From Paragordius varius (lineage: Eukaryota > Animalia > Nematomorpha), in assembly GCA_964247055.1 (NCBI GenBank), contig OZ176054.1:3534001-3598000 (forward strand): DNA of 64,000 nucleotides. Direction: 5' to 3'. The stretch's first letter is position 1. Each line of letters opens with the position of its first letter. Made by a program: the position numbers and the translations under genes. Below, in pieces: positions 39,701 to 52,300 of this stretch. The notes under the pieces are model-generated. The model was not told the DNA's origin, did not search any database, and saw only the letters and a program-made list of their open reading frames with translations.

Positions 39701-41731
39701 GATTGCTACCTTCGGGATGTAGGAAAATTTTATTTGTCCATTGTTCTGGAGCACTTTTGATGTGTTCAAAATATCTGAGTCTATGTTTTCTGAGCATAAA
39801 AATTTGAAGGTTTGATTTGGTACAGTTGATGCAAATTCGAATTTGACTTATTAGGGTCGAATAAATTTAGCTTCCGCTTTTCTATGTTCATTAGTTTTTT
39901 CTCGATTGAATCTGTCATCGGCCAAGTCTCAGTTCTATAGAGGATGGGACGTATGCCTGCTTTGTAGATATATGTTTATTTTTGTGCACTATCTTAAGTT
40001 GATGGTATTTTGCCCCAGCCTGTTGGGATCTATATTGAACTGCCTGGTTTTTTCCCATTTAGGCAATATCACCCAAGTATTTAAAATTATTAACTACTTC
40101 AATTTTGTCGTCTGACATATAAAGGTAATTTAGGGAAGTAGGTGAGTCATTTATAGTTATTTTTGCATGATTTACATACAAATTTTGTTGATTAATGTCC
40201 CTTTAAGCGGGCACTTTTTGTGTACCCACTTATTGCATGATGTACATAGGATTAAATTAGGTTTTACAGCTAAATCATATACTCCACTTGGAAACTTAGG
40301 TATTTCATATACAGTTTCACCCGTTATCAGCACCTTTGTTTAGCTTATGTTTATCTTCATTCACCCTTTTCTAAGTGTAATTTCCATGTGATGTACTTTT
40401 AATTTAATTCCTCCATTGATGTTGCGGCGAGGACAATGTCGTCCGCAAAGATAAGTTCCCATGGTGGGCCTTGTTTCATATCTTTTGTTAGGTAATCCAT
40501 TATTAAAAGGAAAAGTAAGGGTCTTAGGATGGATCCTTGATGAAGTCCAGACTCGTTTGGAACAAAAGATGTGTAGCCTAGTGTTAATCTGACGCAGTTT
40601 GTTTTTTTTGTAGTACATCATTTCTATAGATTGATTATCCAATCATTTACCTTGTTATATCGTAGTGTGGATATTAACTCCCTGGCGATACAATCGAAAG
40701 CCCTTTGTATATCTATAAAAACATGATAAAATTTTTTATTTTTCGCTAAATAATTTTCTTGTAATCTTCTCAAAATGAATATAGCACCAATTGTGCCACT
40801 GTTTTAAAAGCATATTGAGATTCATATATACTACTGTTGATCTCGGTTTTGATTCAATAATGTAAAAAATTTTAACGGGTGCTCCAACAACTTAAGTCCC
40901 TGTAGGAGGAACAATCGAGTATGTCTCCCTTGTTTTTATAAATGGGTATGATGGCACCTTTTGACCAATTTTTAGGGATGCGATTCGTTGACAAGATTAT
41001 TAAATATATTATTTAATGTGGAATGCATTGGGGTAAACTTTAATCATGTCGGAGCTGAGTTCAGATAGACCAGTTGCTTTGTTATTTTTCATCATCTCTT
41101 TCATCGTCTGTTGTTATCAATGGTCGAAGACCAATTGCTAGTGGTAGGTTTATTTTCTCAAAATCTTGTATTTTGTTGGTTTTTGGTAATATATGGACCA
41201 GACATTGCTTATGTCTCTCCAATCAGTTGGTAAATGTTTGTATTTATCTTTAATATAGACAATTTGTTTAATGTCCTTTTTATTATTGTTAAGTGTATTT
41301 TGTGCTTTTTTGTGCCCTTATATAAATTGCTAATTTTTAGGAAATTTTATTTTGATCATTGTCTTTAATTGTTTTGTTTTATTAAAGCCAACGTACATCT
41401 TTATGACATAATAATTAAAATATTTAGACAAATTTTCAATTAACTTGGATTATGGACAATTTTTCATACGAGATTTAAAACTTCTTTTAAATATTTAGAA
41501 TTAATATTATTAAAGTTTAATTCAATATATTATATATATTATTTTGAAGATAAGCAATACACATCCTTCACTACCAACAATGCCAAAACAAATAATAATT
41601 TGACAGCAAATCAATCCTTGGGCGATGATGTTGACGTTGTGGATGAAGTTAAATGTTGTTTCTTTCGACGCAGGCGTCATCGTAGAAAACATGATAATAA
41701 CAACACCCCCCTTCCAACTAACATTAAGTAA
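33712..41731 (+). CDS. CSNK1G: Casein kinase I gamma (gilgamesh/gish ortholog), ~673 aa, with two kinase-domain insertions
   Basis: Exons 33712-34303, 35605-35964, 36876-37101, 37639-37788, 38769-39280, 41550-41731 (2022 nt, in phase). Motifs [86 protein letters not shown]-terminal [10 protein letters not shown] palmitoylation-type motif is diagnostic of the gamma subfamily. Confidence 0.95.
39540..41420 (-). mobile_element. Decayed, 5'-truncated RTE-type LINE in the last CK1-gamma intron
   Basis: Minus-strand remnants [13 protein letters not shown] (~41090), GLHQGSIL (~40540), [13 protein letters not shown] (~40430-40470) and C-terminal [15 protein letters not shown]...LQDRKYY. Many frameshifts. 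Confidence 0.8.
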
Positions 41732-43903
41732 ATTATGCGTGAAAGATCTGTCCTTACACTTGCCTTTATTTAAGTCCCTTCTCCTCCCCCCTCTTTCTAC
41801 CGTGGTCCTGAGCTGGTTTCCCGATTTATTGAGTCTAACGCTCACTCAACTTATTGTGCTGGTCGATTTTATACATTGCGTTATCATAATATTTTAGCAA
41901 TAATACTTCCGTGTATATTCTGATTTTCATTACAGTCTTGACTTTGTAAATATGCAACATTTTTACACAAAAGATTAAAATATTTTTATTTGTGAATGTA
42001 TACACGCTTTATCAATAATTTACCCAAGCGCTCCCCATTGCCTAAAGTATGTTATCTATACTTTTGTAAATGCAACTAGGTTATTATCTATATTTCATAA
42101 CCAAATAATATTTAAAAACTTTTTGACCGAATCTTTGTCATTTTTATTTAAAATTGATTTGTAAAACTTTTTTGACTATAAAATTGTGTATAATATCGAC
42201 TTTTATAAAAATTGGAGGATGCTTGTAATAAATGATAGAGAAAACTGCCATTTTTTATAACCATGCATAAATTACAAATTTAGTGTCATTTGCATTCATA
42301 TTATTAAAATTTATTATCTTCGCAAATTGATTGATTTCGTTTTTAGACCATCAGGAATAATTGATTTTTCACAAACCAAACCCATAATCCAGTAATCCAT
42401 AATAAATTTACAAATACAGTTTAATTAATTAATGAAATATTATAGCGCCTTGCATTTACACCATCCTTAACATCTTTTGTATCCAGATTATTAAACTTTG
42501 TACATATGTTTCATTAAGCCCTTCAAGAATGAATACTTTTTTTAAAGTATGTATTACAAAGCCCTTTGATTCGATTATCCGATGACTTTTATATCTTTAG
42601 TTTTTTAACCAACGGAATTTAACAAAATATATATATATGATACAAGACAGACACACTATATAATATATAGATGAATGCGAATTGCTGTATATATATTTGC
42701 TGATTTTTTCTCATTACGCCTTGGTTAAATATTTATCAAAATTTAGCTTTTACTATTGACTATCCATATCGAATGAATGTCTAAGCATCATCATCATTAT
42801 TAAAATTCAAAAATTATCAAAGAAATGCGTGTAAAGATATAAAATTATTTATGTTAAATGATATGTGTTGATACAATTTTATAATTTTTATTTCATCTAA
42901 TATTACAAAATTGATCGATATACCCTTCTATTGTGCATAAATAAATAATATTTTTTTATTATGCAAATGTTTATTTGGTATACAACTTTTTACTTTCAAA
43001 GTATATTTATAAATTTAATTTTTTTGATGTTGCTACATCATTCTCATATTATGTTCATAAGTCATAACAAACGGTCATTATGGGTTATTAGATTAAAATT
43101 ACAATAGGGCAAAAACTAAATATATATCGAGAGCCATCGATCAGAATATATCATATGTGCTTAAACACTTTTATGATTCTTAAAATAAAAATATAAGCTA
43201 GTAAATGCATATGTAGTTAAAATCTATTTATTTACATTCCATGATCTTTTGGAATAGTTTTATACCCCAGGGCCAATTAAAATTTTATATTAAAAATATT
43301 TTCATAATTGGGCCAAAATTTTTATTTAACCTTTTAGATGCAAGATACAAAAATATTTCTTTAAAATGTAAAATTGTAAAAATTCATGTCAAACATTTCG
43401 CCGGTATTTTTTTCTTTTTTTTAATTTGTAAATATAACTGGCAAATAATGTATATTATGGTTAAAAAATTAAAATAATTCACTTTGGATTTAATTGCAAT
43501 TAAATAGCGATTTTTTATATATATCATATCATCACCTCTACTCTGTTTTTGGACCTGTCTGAATTTGGGACAAGAGGTCAAAAAAATAAATATGATTTTT
43601 AATACATAATAAGAGTGTTTTAATAATTAAATTATAACCTACACAACTTTGAAAACAGTAGTTTTTACTACTTTAAGTTATGGAATAGAAAACTACCCCA
43701 TATTCAAGATTTTTTCGCGCAATTTCGTTTTTATATTTATTTCAAGAGAATCAGCCCATTTTAGAAGAGCGAAAAAATTTATGACTTTCGTAGCTTTTAT
43801 CTAAAATTTAAATTTTTAAAAATATTGTTTTGCTTTTTATAAGTAGTTTATAATATATTTTAGTGATATTTTTTAGAATATTTAGCTTTCATCTATTTTT
43901 AAA

Positions 43904-45855
43904 ATGTGCGGGAAAACTCCGGAGGATCGTAATATGTTCCATAGGCAGTCGTGGTTGACTGTATCTAATGGCATACTGAAGTCTAAAAAGCAGCAGTATA
44001 GAATTTTCCCAAATTCATTGTATCTTCGAATTATTGTATTAAGATTAACTATGTGATTAGCAGTGTTTCTCTTTGCTCTAAAGCCGGCCTGCACCTCAGA
44101 TATTTCAAAATCCAGTGAGGAGGAAAATCTTTTGAGTATAATCTTGAGAAGAAGTTTGGATAGGCTCACGCCAAAGGCCAGAACATATACCAAAAACTAT
44201 ATTACTTGTCCCTTACAACTCCGAAAATCTGGGGAACATGAGCAACATGGATAATGTATTAACAAATAAAAATGAAATTATCAAACGCTGGGAAGAATTC
44301 GGTACTTCTCTTTATCATGTCGACTATGGTCCACATACATCCATCGGCACATTCCTTAAAGTTTCTGACTTGATCCCCCAATTTTACCTGATGAAGTTCA
44401 ATACGCCTTAAAACAATTTTCATCCTCCAACTCCTTAGGTTACAATGATATTCCAATAAAAATTCTACACACGATCCCCCTCTACTTCTTAACTGATCTT
44501 TTACAAAAAGTTTTTCAAACCTGTATTTGGCCGGATGATTGGATTAAATATTTTCTCCTACCCTTTTTTAAAAAGGGAAACCCCCATCTCTGTCAGAACT
44601 ATAGAATGATCGCTATCACTAATAAACTATCCAAACTTTTTCTCAAGATTATACTCAAAAGAATCTCTCCTCACTGGACTTTGAAATATCTGAGGTGCAG
44701 GCTGGCTTTAGAGCAAAGAGAAACACTGCTAATCACATAGTTAATCTTAATACAATAATTCGAAGATAAATGAATATGGGAAAAGTCTATACTGCTGCTT
44801 TTTAGACTTCAGTATGGCATTTATACAGTCAACCACGACTGCCTATGGAATTACGATCCTCCGGAGTTCCCCGCACATAATACTCTTGCTTCAATCGCTG
44901 TATTCTAGACAAACAGCTGCGATTAAAACCCAATTCGGTCCCACCGACTGGTTTCCTATCCACAGAGGTGTGAGACAAGGATGTGTCCTTTCTCCCCTCC
45001 TATTTAACTTATACACAGAAGTATTAATACACAATTGTAACTTTTCCCAACATATTGGGGCATGGATCGGTGGTACCATTTGCGATCTCTGGTACGCCGA
45101 CGACACCATCCTCTTGTCAGAATTCCACACGGACATGACCTATCTTTTAAATATTCTCACCATCGAAGCAAGTTTGATGGGCCTTAAGCTGAACCCAGCT
45201 AAATCTAAAATAATGTCCTAAACGCTCCACAACTACCATTTACAATCAATAACTCCACCATCGAACTAACTGATCACTGTAAATATTTAGGCTACATAAT
45301 TACATCCGACGGTAGCTCGGATCCCGACATCCGAGCACGTCTAGCATCGACGTGCTACTATGGGTAAACTGTCCAAAATTCAGAGCTGGTCGGTCATAGG
45401 ATTTCCAACCAAACTTACCATCCTGAAGGCGATGATATACCCCGTGGCAATTTATGGATCTGAATCATGGATGTGCAAATATATTGACAAAGCCCGCATA
45501 AACTCTTTTCAGATGATGTGCTTTCGGAAAATATTGAGAATCTCCTGGAAAGCCCACATCTCCAATTCTTATATCCTCCACCTCACCCGAATTTTTACTT
45601 CATGATTTAATAATCTTTAAACAGCTAAAATATCTGGGTCATATCCTGCGATCCGACTCGCTAGAAAAAAGCATACTTTTTGGGTTGGTAGATGGCACCC
45701 GCAGAAGGGGCCGACAGCGGTGGATCGACATGCCTAAATCAATAACAAACCGAACTTTTCCTCAATTGTTGATAGAATCACAGGATCGTCAAAAATGGAG
45801 AACATTAATTTATGAGAAAGCCCAGAGTCACTACATGACTAGCTTATAACACACA
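43904..45855 (+). mobile_element. 5'-truncated RTE-type LINE with an inverted duplication at its 5' end
   Basis: Plus-strand remnants KRWEEF, NYRMIAI, QAGFR, GVRQGCVLSPLLF, WYADD, YGSESW from 44164 to ~45850. 43904-44163 is a reverse-complement copy of 44627-44878. Confidence 0.88.
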
Positions 45856-48510
45856 TATCCCGAGTGATTTTTTAATTTAGCCTCTAGGAAGGTTACACGC
45901 TCTGTAAAATCCTTCACCATATAAAAATAAGATAATTTTCAAACTAATCTTTGCCCAAGCTATGAGATTTTGTGATAGCAACCATAATTTAATTATGTCC
46001 CGTAAGAAAAAAATTTTGGTCCGGCGCTTTTTAAATACGGCTTGATAGGGCTATACTATCTGTAGAATGCTACATCTAGGGTTGTGCATTTGACTGCTTT
46101 TTCAAAAAAGTCCGGTCAGACCCGGCATGGTCATGACCACTTTTCTTAACTAAATACCATGCGATATTGGATTGTGAAAATAATGTTCGAATGACACTTG
46201 CGTTTCACTAATAATGTCATGTTTTTTCTTTATTTAGATTCACAATATTTTCAATCAAATTTAATCAAGAATTTTGTTTTAAAATAAATTTTGCGACATT
46301 CTTGTAGTCTCTGAATCTTCAAATTTATAGCTTTTAATACTGGATATTATAAAATTTTACCTAGTTTGTTTTACACTTTCTTTCATCATTGAAATATCCA
46401 ATTAGAAATGTTTTTACATTTTATTGGTTTATATATATAGAATAATCGCATATTTTACAAAATGCTTGATTGTTTTTCAAAATAACTGGTTATGCTAAAT
46501 GTTATAATGATGCATGTTTAACAATTTTATATTGTTAAATAGGCATATTTTATATTTTTTAAAAGGTATATTAAAAAGCAATAAAATCTTAGTATCTCTC
46601 TTCCAAAAAAAATTACCAGCAATTTTTTTTAAAAAACAGCTGTTTTTTTAATGACCGTGGTTAAAAAATAAATAGTCACTGACCCTAGTTACACCATTTA
46701 AAATTATGTTTATTTGAAGCGAATTTCAGGCATATATTCAATCATGGTTTTTTGCTTTTTCCGCATAAAGAAAAGGGTGTAAAACGCCATCATATTAAAA
46801 TACTGTGAAAAAAGCATTCAAGGAAGTATGTGGATGCAAGAGGATTTTAGGCATTTTCTATGCTAATTCATCACCAAGCGATGAGGCTATAATGAATTAG
46901 GATTTTAACCATATAAAGGCGTATATTTTAAGGCACTATCTTTATATTAGTTTCTGGGTGGTGCGTCTTGTAAAATATGCTACCATTTCGATACCACATC
47001 TTTTATTTTCCCAAAAATAAACGCGAATAGTTAATAATTTAAAGCTTGCATTTTTTAAAAAATGTGGAAAACCTATAAATTCAATATTTTAAAAACTTTC
47101 TCATATAGCGCTGTTGTTTTAAAGAAACCTCTTTTAAGATCAATATCGCATTATAAAATAATAAGGCACAACATTTTTTTGAAAAGTTTTAAGAGCATAT
47201 TTATTTAATAACAATTTAAAATATTTTCTGCATAACAACAAAAATGGTCTAGTTTAATTAATTAGATTTAAGATGTCATGAGTTTACACATATAATCTAG
47301 AAATTGTGTAATATATAATAATATAATAATGATCCTAGTATTTTCATAATAAATTAGGAAAATAATAGTCACCGCTTACCTTTGAAAAGTTGATATGTAT
47401 TATGATGGAGATATTCAGGCTATATCATTATGAATGCAAAACCAAGGACTGACCGCTTCTCTAAATGCTTCTCTTGATAAAGCCGGACCCTATAAAATAT
47501 CATATAAAAATATTGCAACATTCTTTGATATTTTCCAGGATACATCTGAAAAGTATTTATGGACTGTTTAAGTTAACATTTTTGACCTTTTCACTTTTTG
47601 TCCGCAATGATGTATTGGGGCAGTTTTATATCCGAAAAATCAGTTTTGGAAAAAACAACTGCTTTAAAGTTATTATAGTTAAAATTTGATTATCAAACAT
47701 CGTTCTCCTGTGTAGTTTAACAGCTTATATTTTTTATAGCTTTGTAATTCAGAGTCTAGTACAGCTCTAAAACACGATGGATCTAAACAGCTGTTTTTAA
47801 AATCAATTAATATCAAGTTTTTATTGAAATTACCAAAGGTAAATATTTACATTTTCTAGCCATAATAAACATCTATATGCCTATTTTATTAGTGCGATAA
47901 AAAAATTAAAAAAAATGACGGCGAAAAAGTTTATGTGGATTTAAATATTTTTAAAAAAAATTTATGCGACTAAAAGGCTCTAAATTAAGCATATTTTAAA
48001 TTCGGCGTAATAAAATTATTCAAATTTTAAATCGCTTGGTGATATAAAACTACCCAAAGACGTCATGAAGTGCTAAGCTACGCTAAAAACATATAAACAA
48101 TTATAAAACAGGTAGCGCTATTAATTAAAGCCTTGATATTATGAATGCGGTGAATCGCATTGAAACTGTTGATTGCTAAAATATGATTGAATTTATTACA
48201 TTATTATTACTTGTAGAGGACTAAACTTTGGAAAAGTTTTATCGCCAGTGTTTAATTTTTATATAAATAACTGTTTATTAGGCTGTTTTAAAATTTGGAT
48301 TATCAAATATGCATAAAAAGCTTATATGTATCTAATTTTTAGAGGCCGTAATTAATATCCATCACGCCATATTAAACAGCGGATTTTCAAATGAATATAT
48401 AAGAATTTAATAAAATTAAATTTTAATCGCTAATAATTTATGTTTTTTAACCATAATTTACAACCTATCGCATGAGAGGTTAACCCTTAAATACAGCACA
48501 TTTAATTCAG

Positions 48511-49023
48511 TCCTTCGATTAAAATTGGGGTAGTTAGATACCCCAGGCTTTTTTAAAATTGAATATTTAAAAAAATATGGGATAAATTGATAGCAAAAGT
48601 TTGCACTTATATAACAATAATAAACCGAAAAATAAATAAAAATTATTTAAAATATTTTATATTACTTCAGGATGAAACCTAAATGTTAAATTTTAGCCAA
48701 CATCACATGAAGCTAAATTTAAAAATACTATATAAACAACCACCTATTCTGTTTATATTGTTAGATGTAATTTAAATAAAAAATCAGCTTAAATTTTAAG
48801 CTTAGAATCAAATAAACACTATAGTTTGCAATAATGTGTTGAAATAAAAATGGCATCCAAGTATTTTGATAACCTTTTTCCCAAAACTAAATTCTATTTA
48901 TTTCGGCGTTTCTAAAATTATTTGGATAGAAGCGTAAATTTTAAATGCAAAAGTTACTTTCAGTAGTTTTTAAAATCTACTCAAATATCTCGGGAATTTA
49001 AATACCCAAATTAAATCAAAGTG
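48511..49023. mobile_element. piggyBac-like MITE family C, copy 3 (opposite orientation)
   Basis: TCCTTCGATTAAAATTGGGGTAGTTAGATACCCCAGG ... TACCCAAATTAAATCAAAGTG|TCAA; reverse complement of copies 1 and 2. Confidence 0.65.
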
Positions 49024-49347
49024 TCAAAAAAGTCGAAGAAAAAGGAGGCAGAAGCGTTAAATATAGATTTTACTATCATATATTGTTTATTTGAAATCTT
49101 GCGCCACGCTAAAAAATGTTATATTTATTTTCTATTTCTCGCTTTATAAAAAACTACCAAAAAAATATAGATGTGGTAAAATATATTTTTTCGCCTTTTT
49201 AGCGGACTAACAAATTAAATATGTTGTGTAAGTTTAAAATTTTTGACCAATAGCAACATTGGGGCAAGCTTTATAGATAGTGGGAAATAAAGACAATTCT
49301 GATAGTCGGATACTTTTGAGAAGAATTAAATTACAGCTGTTATTCAT

Positions 49348-52300
49348 ATGGAAGAAAGGTTAGAAAAAATAGCTGCTGCTAAACTTAAATTGGAGGCATT
49401 GCGCAAGCAACGCTCTCCAGCCAATTCAGTCATCAATGGTCATGAACAACCCGTATTAGTTATGCCCACTGAAGTTTTTGATAAAATAAATTAGAATGTA
49501 AATATACCTATTGGGAATCAGGAAATAATGGAAGAAAATGGACTTATAAACGAGATGCAAACCATAGAAAGGGAGCGAATTAAACAATTTGCTACTCTAA
49601 CAGAAAATAATGCAAATTTGTCCATAATGTTAGATCAAAAAGTAAAAAGAGTTATCTAATTTTTTAGAAACATGAATGCGAACAATATAAAAAGTAATAT
49701 ATTTTAATTATTTTAGAAAATGTTTAGAATTAGAAAAATTAAATTTCACATTAAATAATCAGCTTAATGAGACAAGTTTTGAAATTGAATCAGGAAAGAT
49801 TCTTTTATCAGATATTGAAAATTACAAAGCGACGATTAGCAGAGCTTTAGGACAAAATAAAGAATTAAAGGATGAGATAATTGGTTATTCAGATAGGCTT
49901 AAACACCAAAACTCACTAATAGATAAGTTAACATTAGAAACACACGAATTATATAACAACTTGCGATCTGTCAAACATTCCCTCTCCCAAATAAAATCCT
50001 CTGTTAACATCTCAAACTCCTGCAAACAAAGTATTACCACACAAATGGATAATCTGCATTCTCAAGTCTTAGGATCAATTATTGATATCCAAGTTAGCGT
50101 TTGTTTTTTATTTATTTTAAAACTGTTTAACATTGACTCAGGGTTTTTTACAATGTGCTTTCAAGCGCAAATAATCCGAAATCGGTTCAATTTTTTTGTT
50201 TTTTATTGCGTTAAGTTCCATACATTAACCAGAAGTTTGACGTCTATTTTAAATTTGATATAGAATATGCTGTTTTGTAACCATAAAATTTTGCGTTGTT
50301 TTTTCAATTAATACATCCACTTAAAATTGTTGATTAAAAAATACAACATTTTCTAATGCTTTTAGTTTCGGGTAATATTTTTATAAAAAACTCATGTTTA
50401 CTTTTATCGTATTTACACAATGCTATCCAACTTGTTTCGTTTGGATACAAATGCTAATACAGGTCATAAATTATATGAAAATCATTAAATCGAAACCGGT
50501 TCTTAGCAGTAACTAGTTTCGTTAGGCTAGAATAAACTCCGTTTCGGTTATCTATTTTGAGGAAACACCCCGTTCTATTTTTTAAAGCTTCTAGCCCGGT
50601 TCCGGTTCCACTTTTTTTGACCCGGTGTAAAGCCCTTATTTAAATATCAAAACATGCATATATTTTATTTTGATTTTTAATATATGCACCGAATTATCGC
50701 ATTTGCGAAATGAATTAAATGGCTTAATGCTTAAAAAGCGCAAAAAGCCTAGATTACGCGATAAGTTCATTATATACTAAGCAAATGAAAATGATTATTT
50801 TTTAGCCACATCTACTTTGCTTATAAAATTAAATTTTATCAAATTAAAAAGCTTAAATTAAACTAAATTTGGAATAGTCCACTAGATTTATAGAAATATA
50901 ATGTTTTGATTTATATTTAATTTGAGTTTAAAACTATAAATCGATTGAAGAATCGATAATATGATACTCATCGGCATCAAATTTTATAAAACGGTTTACA
51001 TATTTATATATTAGTATACTTTCTGCTTGCTTCATATTATACGCCTCAAAAAATTTTAAAGTATTTTTAAAAGAGGGCGCTTGCTAAGATTTATTTTTTT
51101 AGCAATTTAATTTTTGTCGCATAATCGGATTTTTCCTATTATTTTAAGAATATTTATTCATTATAACGAATAAAGATGAAACTTTGAGGATCAGTAACAA
51201 ATATTAAATCATAATTTTTGTTCATTAAATATATTGGATAATCAACAATGCAATTTGTTTTTACATAAAAGCATTAGCATAAACTCGTTTCTTATATTAA
51301 TAATGACCCTTAAACTTAAAAACTAAAAATGTAATGAAAACTAAAATCTTATTTTTCAATTTTTTATCATTATAAAAATGCTGAGATGTTTTTTTTGAGG
51401 GAATAATTTTTTTCCTTTATACGCTTTATCTCCTTTCAATGGATACAATTTTCATGCTTTCTGTCTTTGGCTTGTTTAATTTTAATATGGCAGAATTTTA
51501 AATCTTCTTGAATATTATATTGACAAGTTATACGAGGTCTGCCTTTTTAATTTTTTAGAATAGGATCGTATACATCCAGTTTGAGTCTTTGACTCTGTTT
51601 CTCGATGTAATCAACTTAACCTAAAATATATTCTATAGCGACATTAAATGGTTTGATTTTTAAAATTTGAGGCAAAATTTGGATTGAAAAATATAATGTT
51701 TAATGAATATTTTAATTACCACACAATGGGCATATTTGACCTATAAATCCATAAAGAGAGAGTAATATGTTTTATTTAATTTTAAAGATTAAATTTAAAT
51801 GTTATTTCTCCCATATATTTGTAGAAAAATTTGGAACAAGTTTTGTCTCAAAACAAATTTTTAGCAAAGAGCAAATCCGATTTTTTTGATGGTTTAACAC
51901 CTCAACCATCTAGGCGCCAATTTTTGTCTCAACTCAAAGAACAAACTGCAGTTTATAACCAGGCTTTTGAACAACTTGAGGTAGATGGGGAAAAAAAATT
52001 TTTTTTCTTTTTTGTCCAATAATTTATTTTACCAGAAAGTTTGAAAATATAAAACGCAATGTGTATAAAAGTTAAAAAGACACAATTTAAAAGATTAGAC
52101 CATTTGAATCTATAGTTTAATACACATCTAATATAGTTAGGGTTAATTAATGGGTTAGGACGAGAGTTTTATATCTCATGCGTGTTAACAACTCTCTAGA
52201 TATAAATGCAATTAAAATATTTAAGAAATATGAATTTGTTTACTTTTATTTAAAATTTGACTCTTTGTAGAAAAACTTTTTGACATTCATTTTTTTTATA

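Noticed and set aside
46000-48480. Numerous partially similar segments also seen at 24100-24250, 30900-33000 and 55900-57900
   Set aside because: Clearly decayed dispersed repeats, but I could not define termini or TSDs by eye, so they are not listed as features.
49453-49494. Possible 42-nt intron in GM130
   Set aside because: An in-phase alternative acceptor at 49521 gives a more ordinary 69-nt intron; cannot be decided from sequence alone.
49642-49716. Apparent 26-nt micro-exon (KHECEQYK) flanked by ultra-short 26- and 23-nt introns in GM130
   Set aside because: A single 88-nt intron (AT|GTTAGA at 49629 to the AG at 49716) restores the frame and fits the intron sizes seen elsewhere (about 70 nt or more). 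RNA-seq would be needed to revive the idea.
50685-50765. Coding-looking stretch CTELSHLRNELNGLMLKKRKKPRLRDK in a GM130 intron
   Set aside because: No AG acceptor upstream in frame, and it adjoins decayed repeat sequence.
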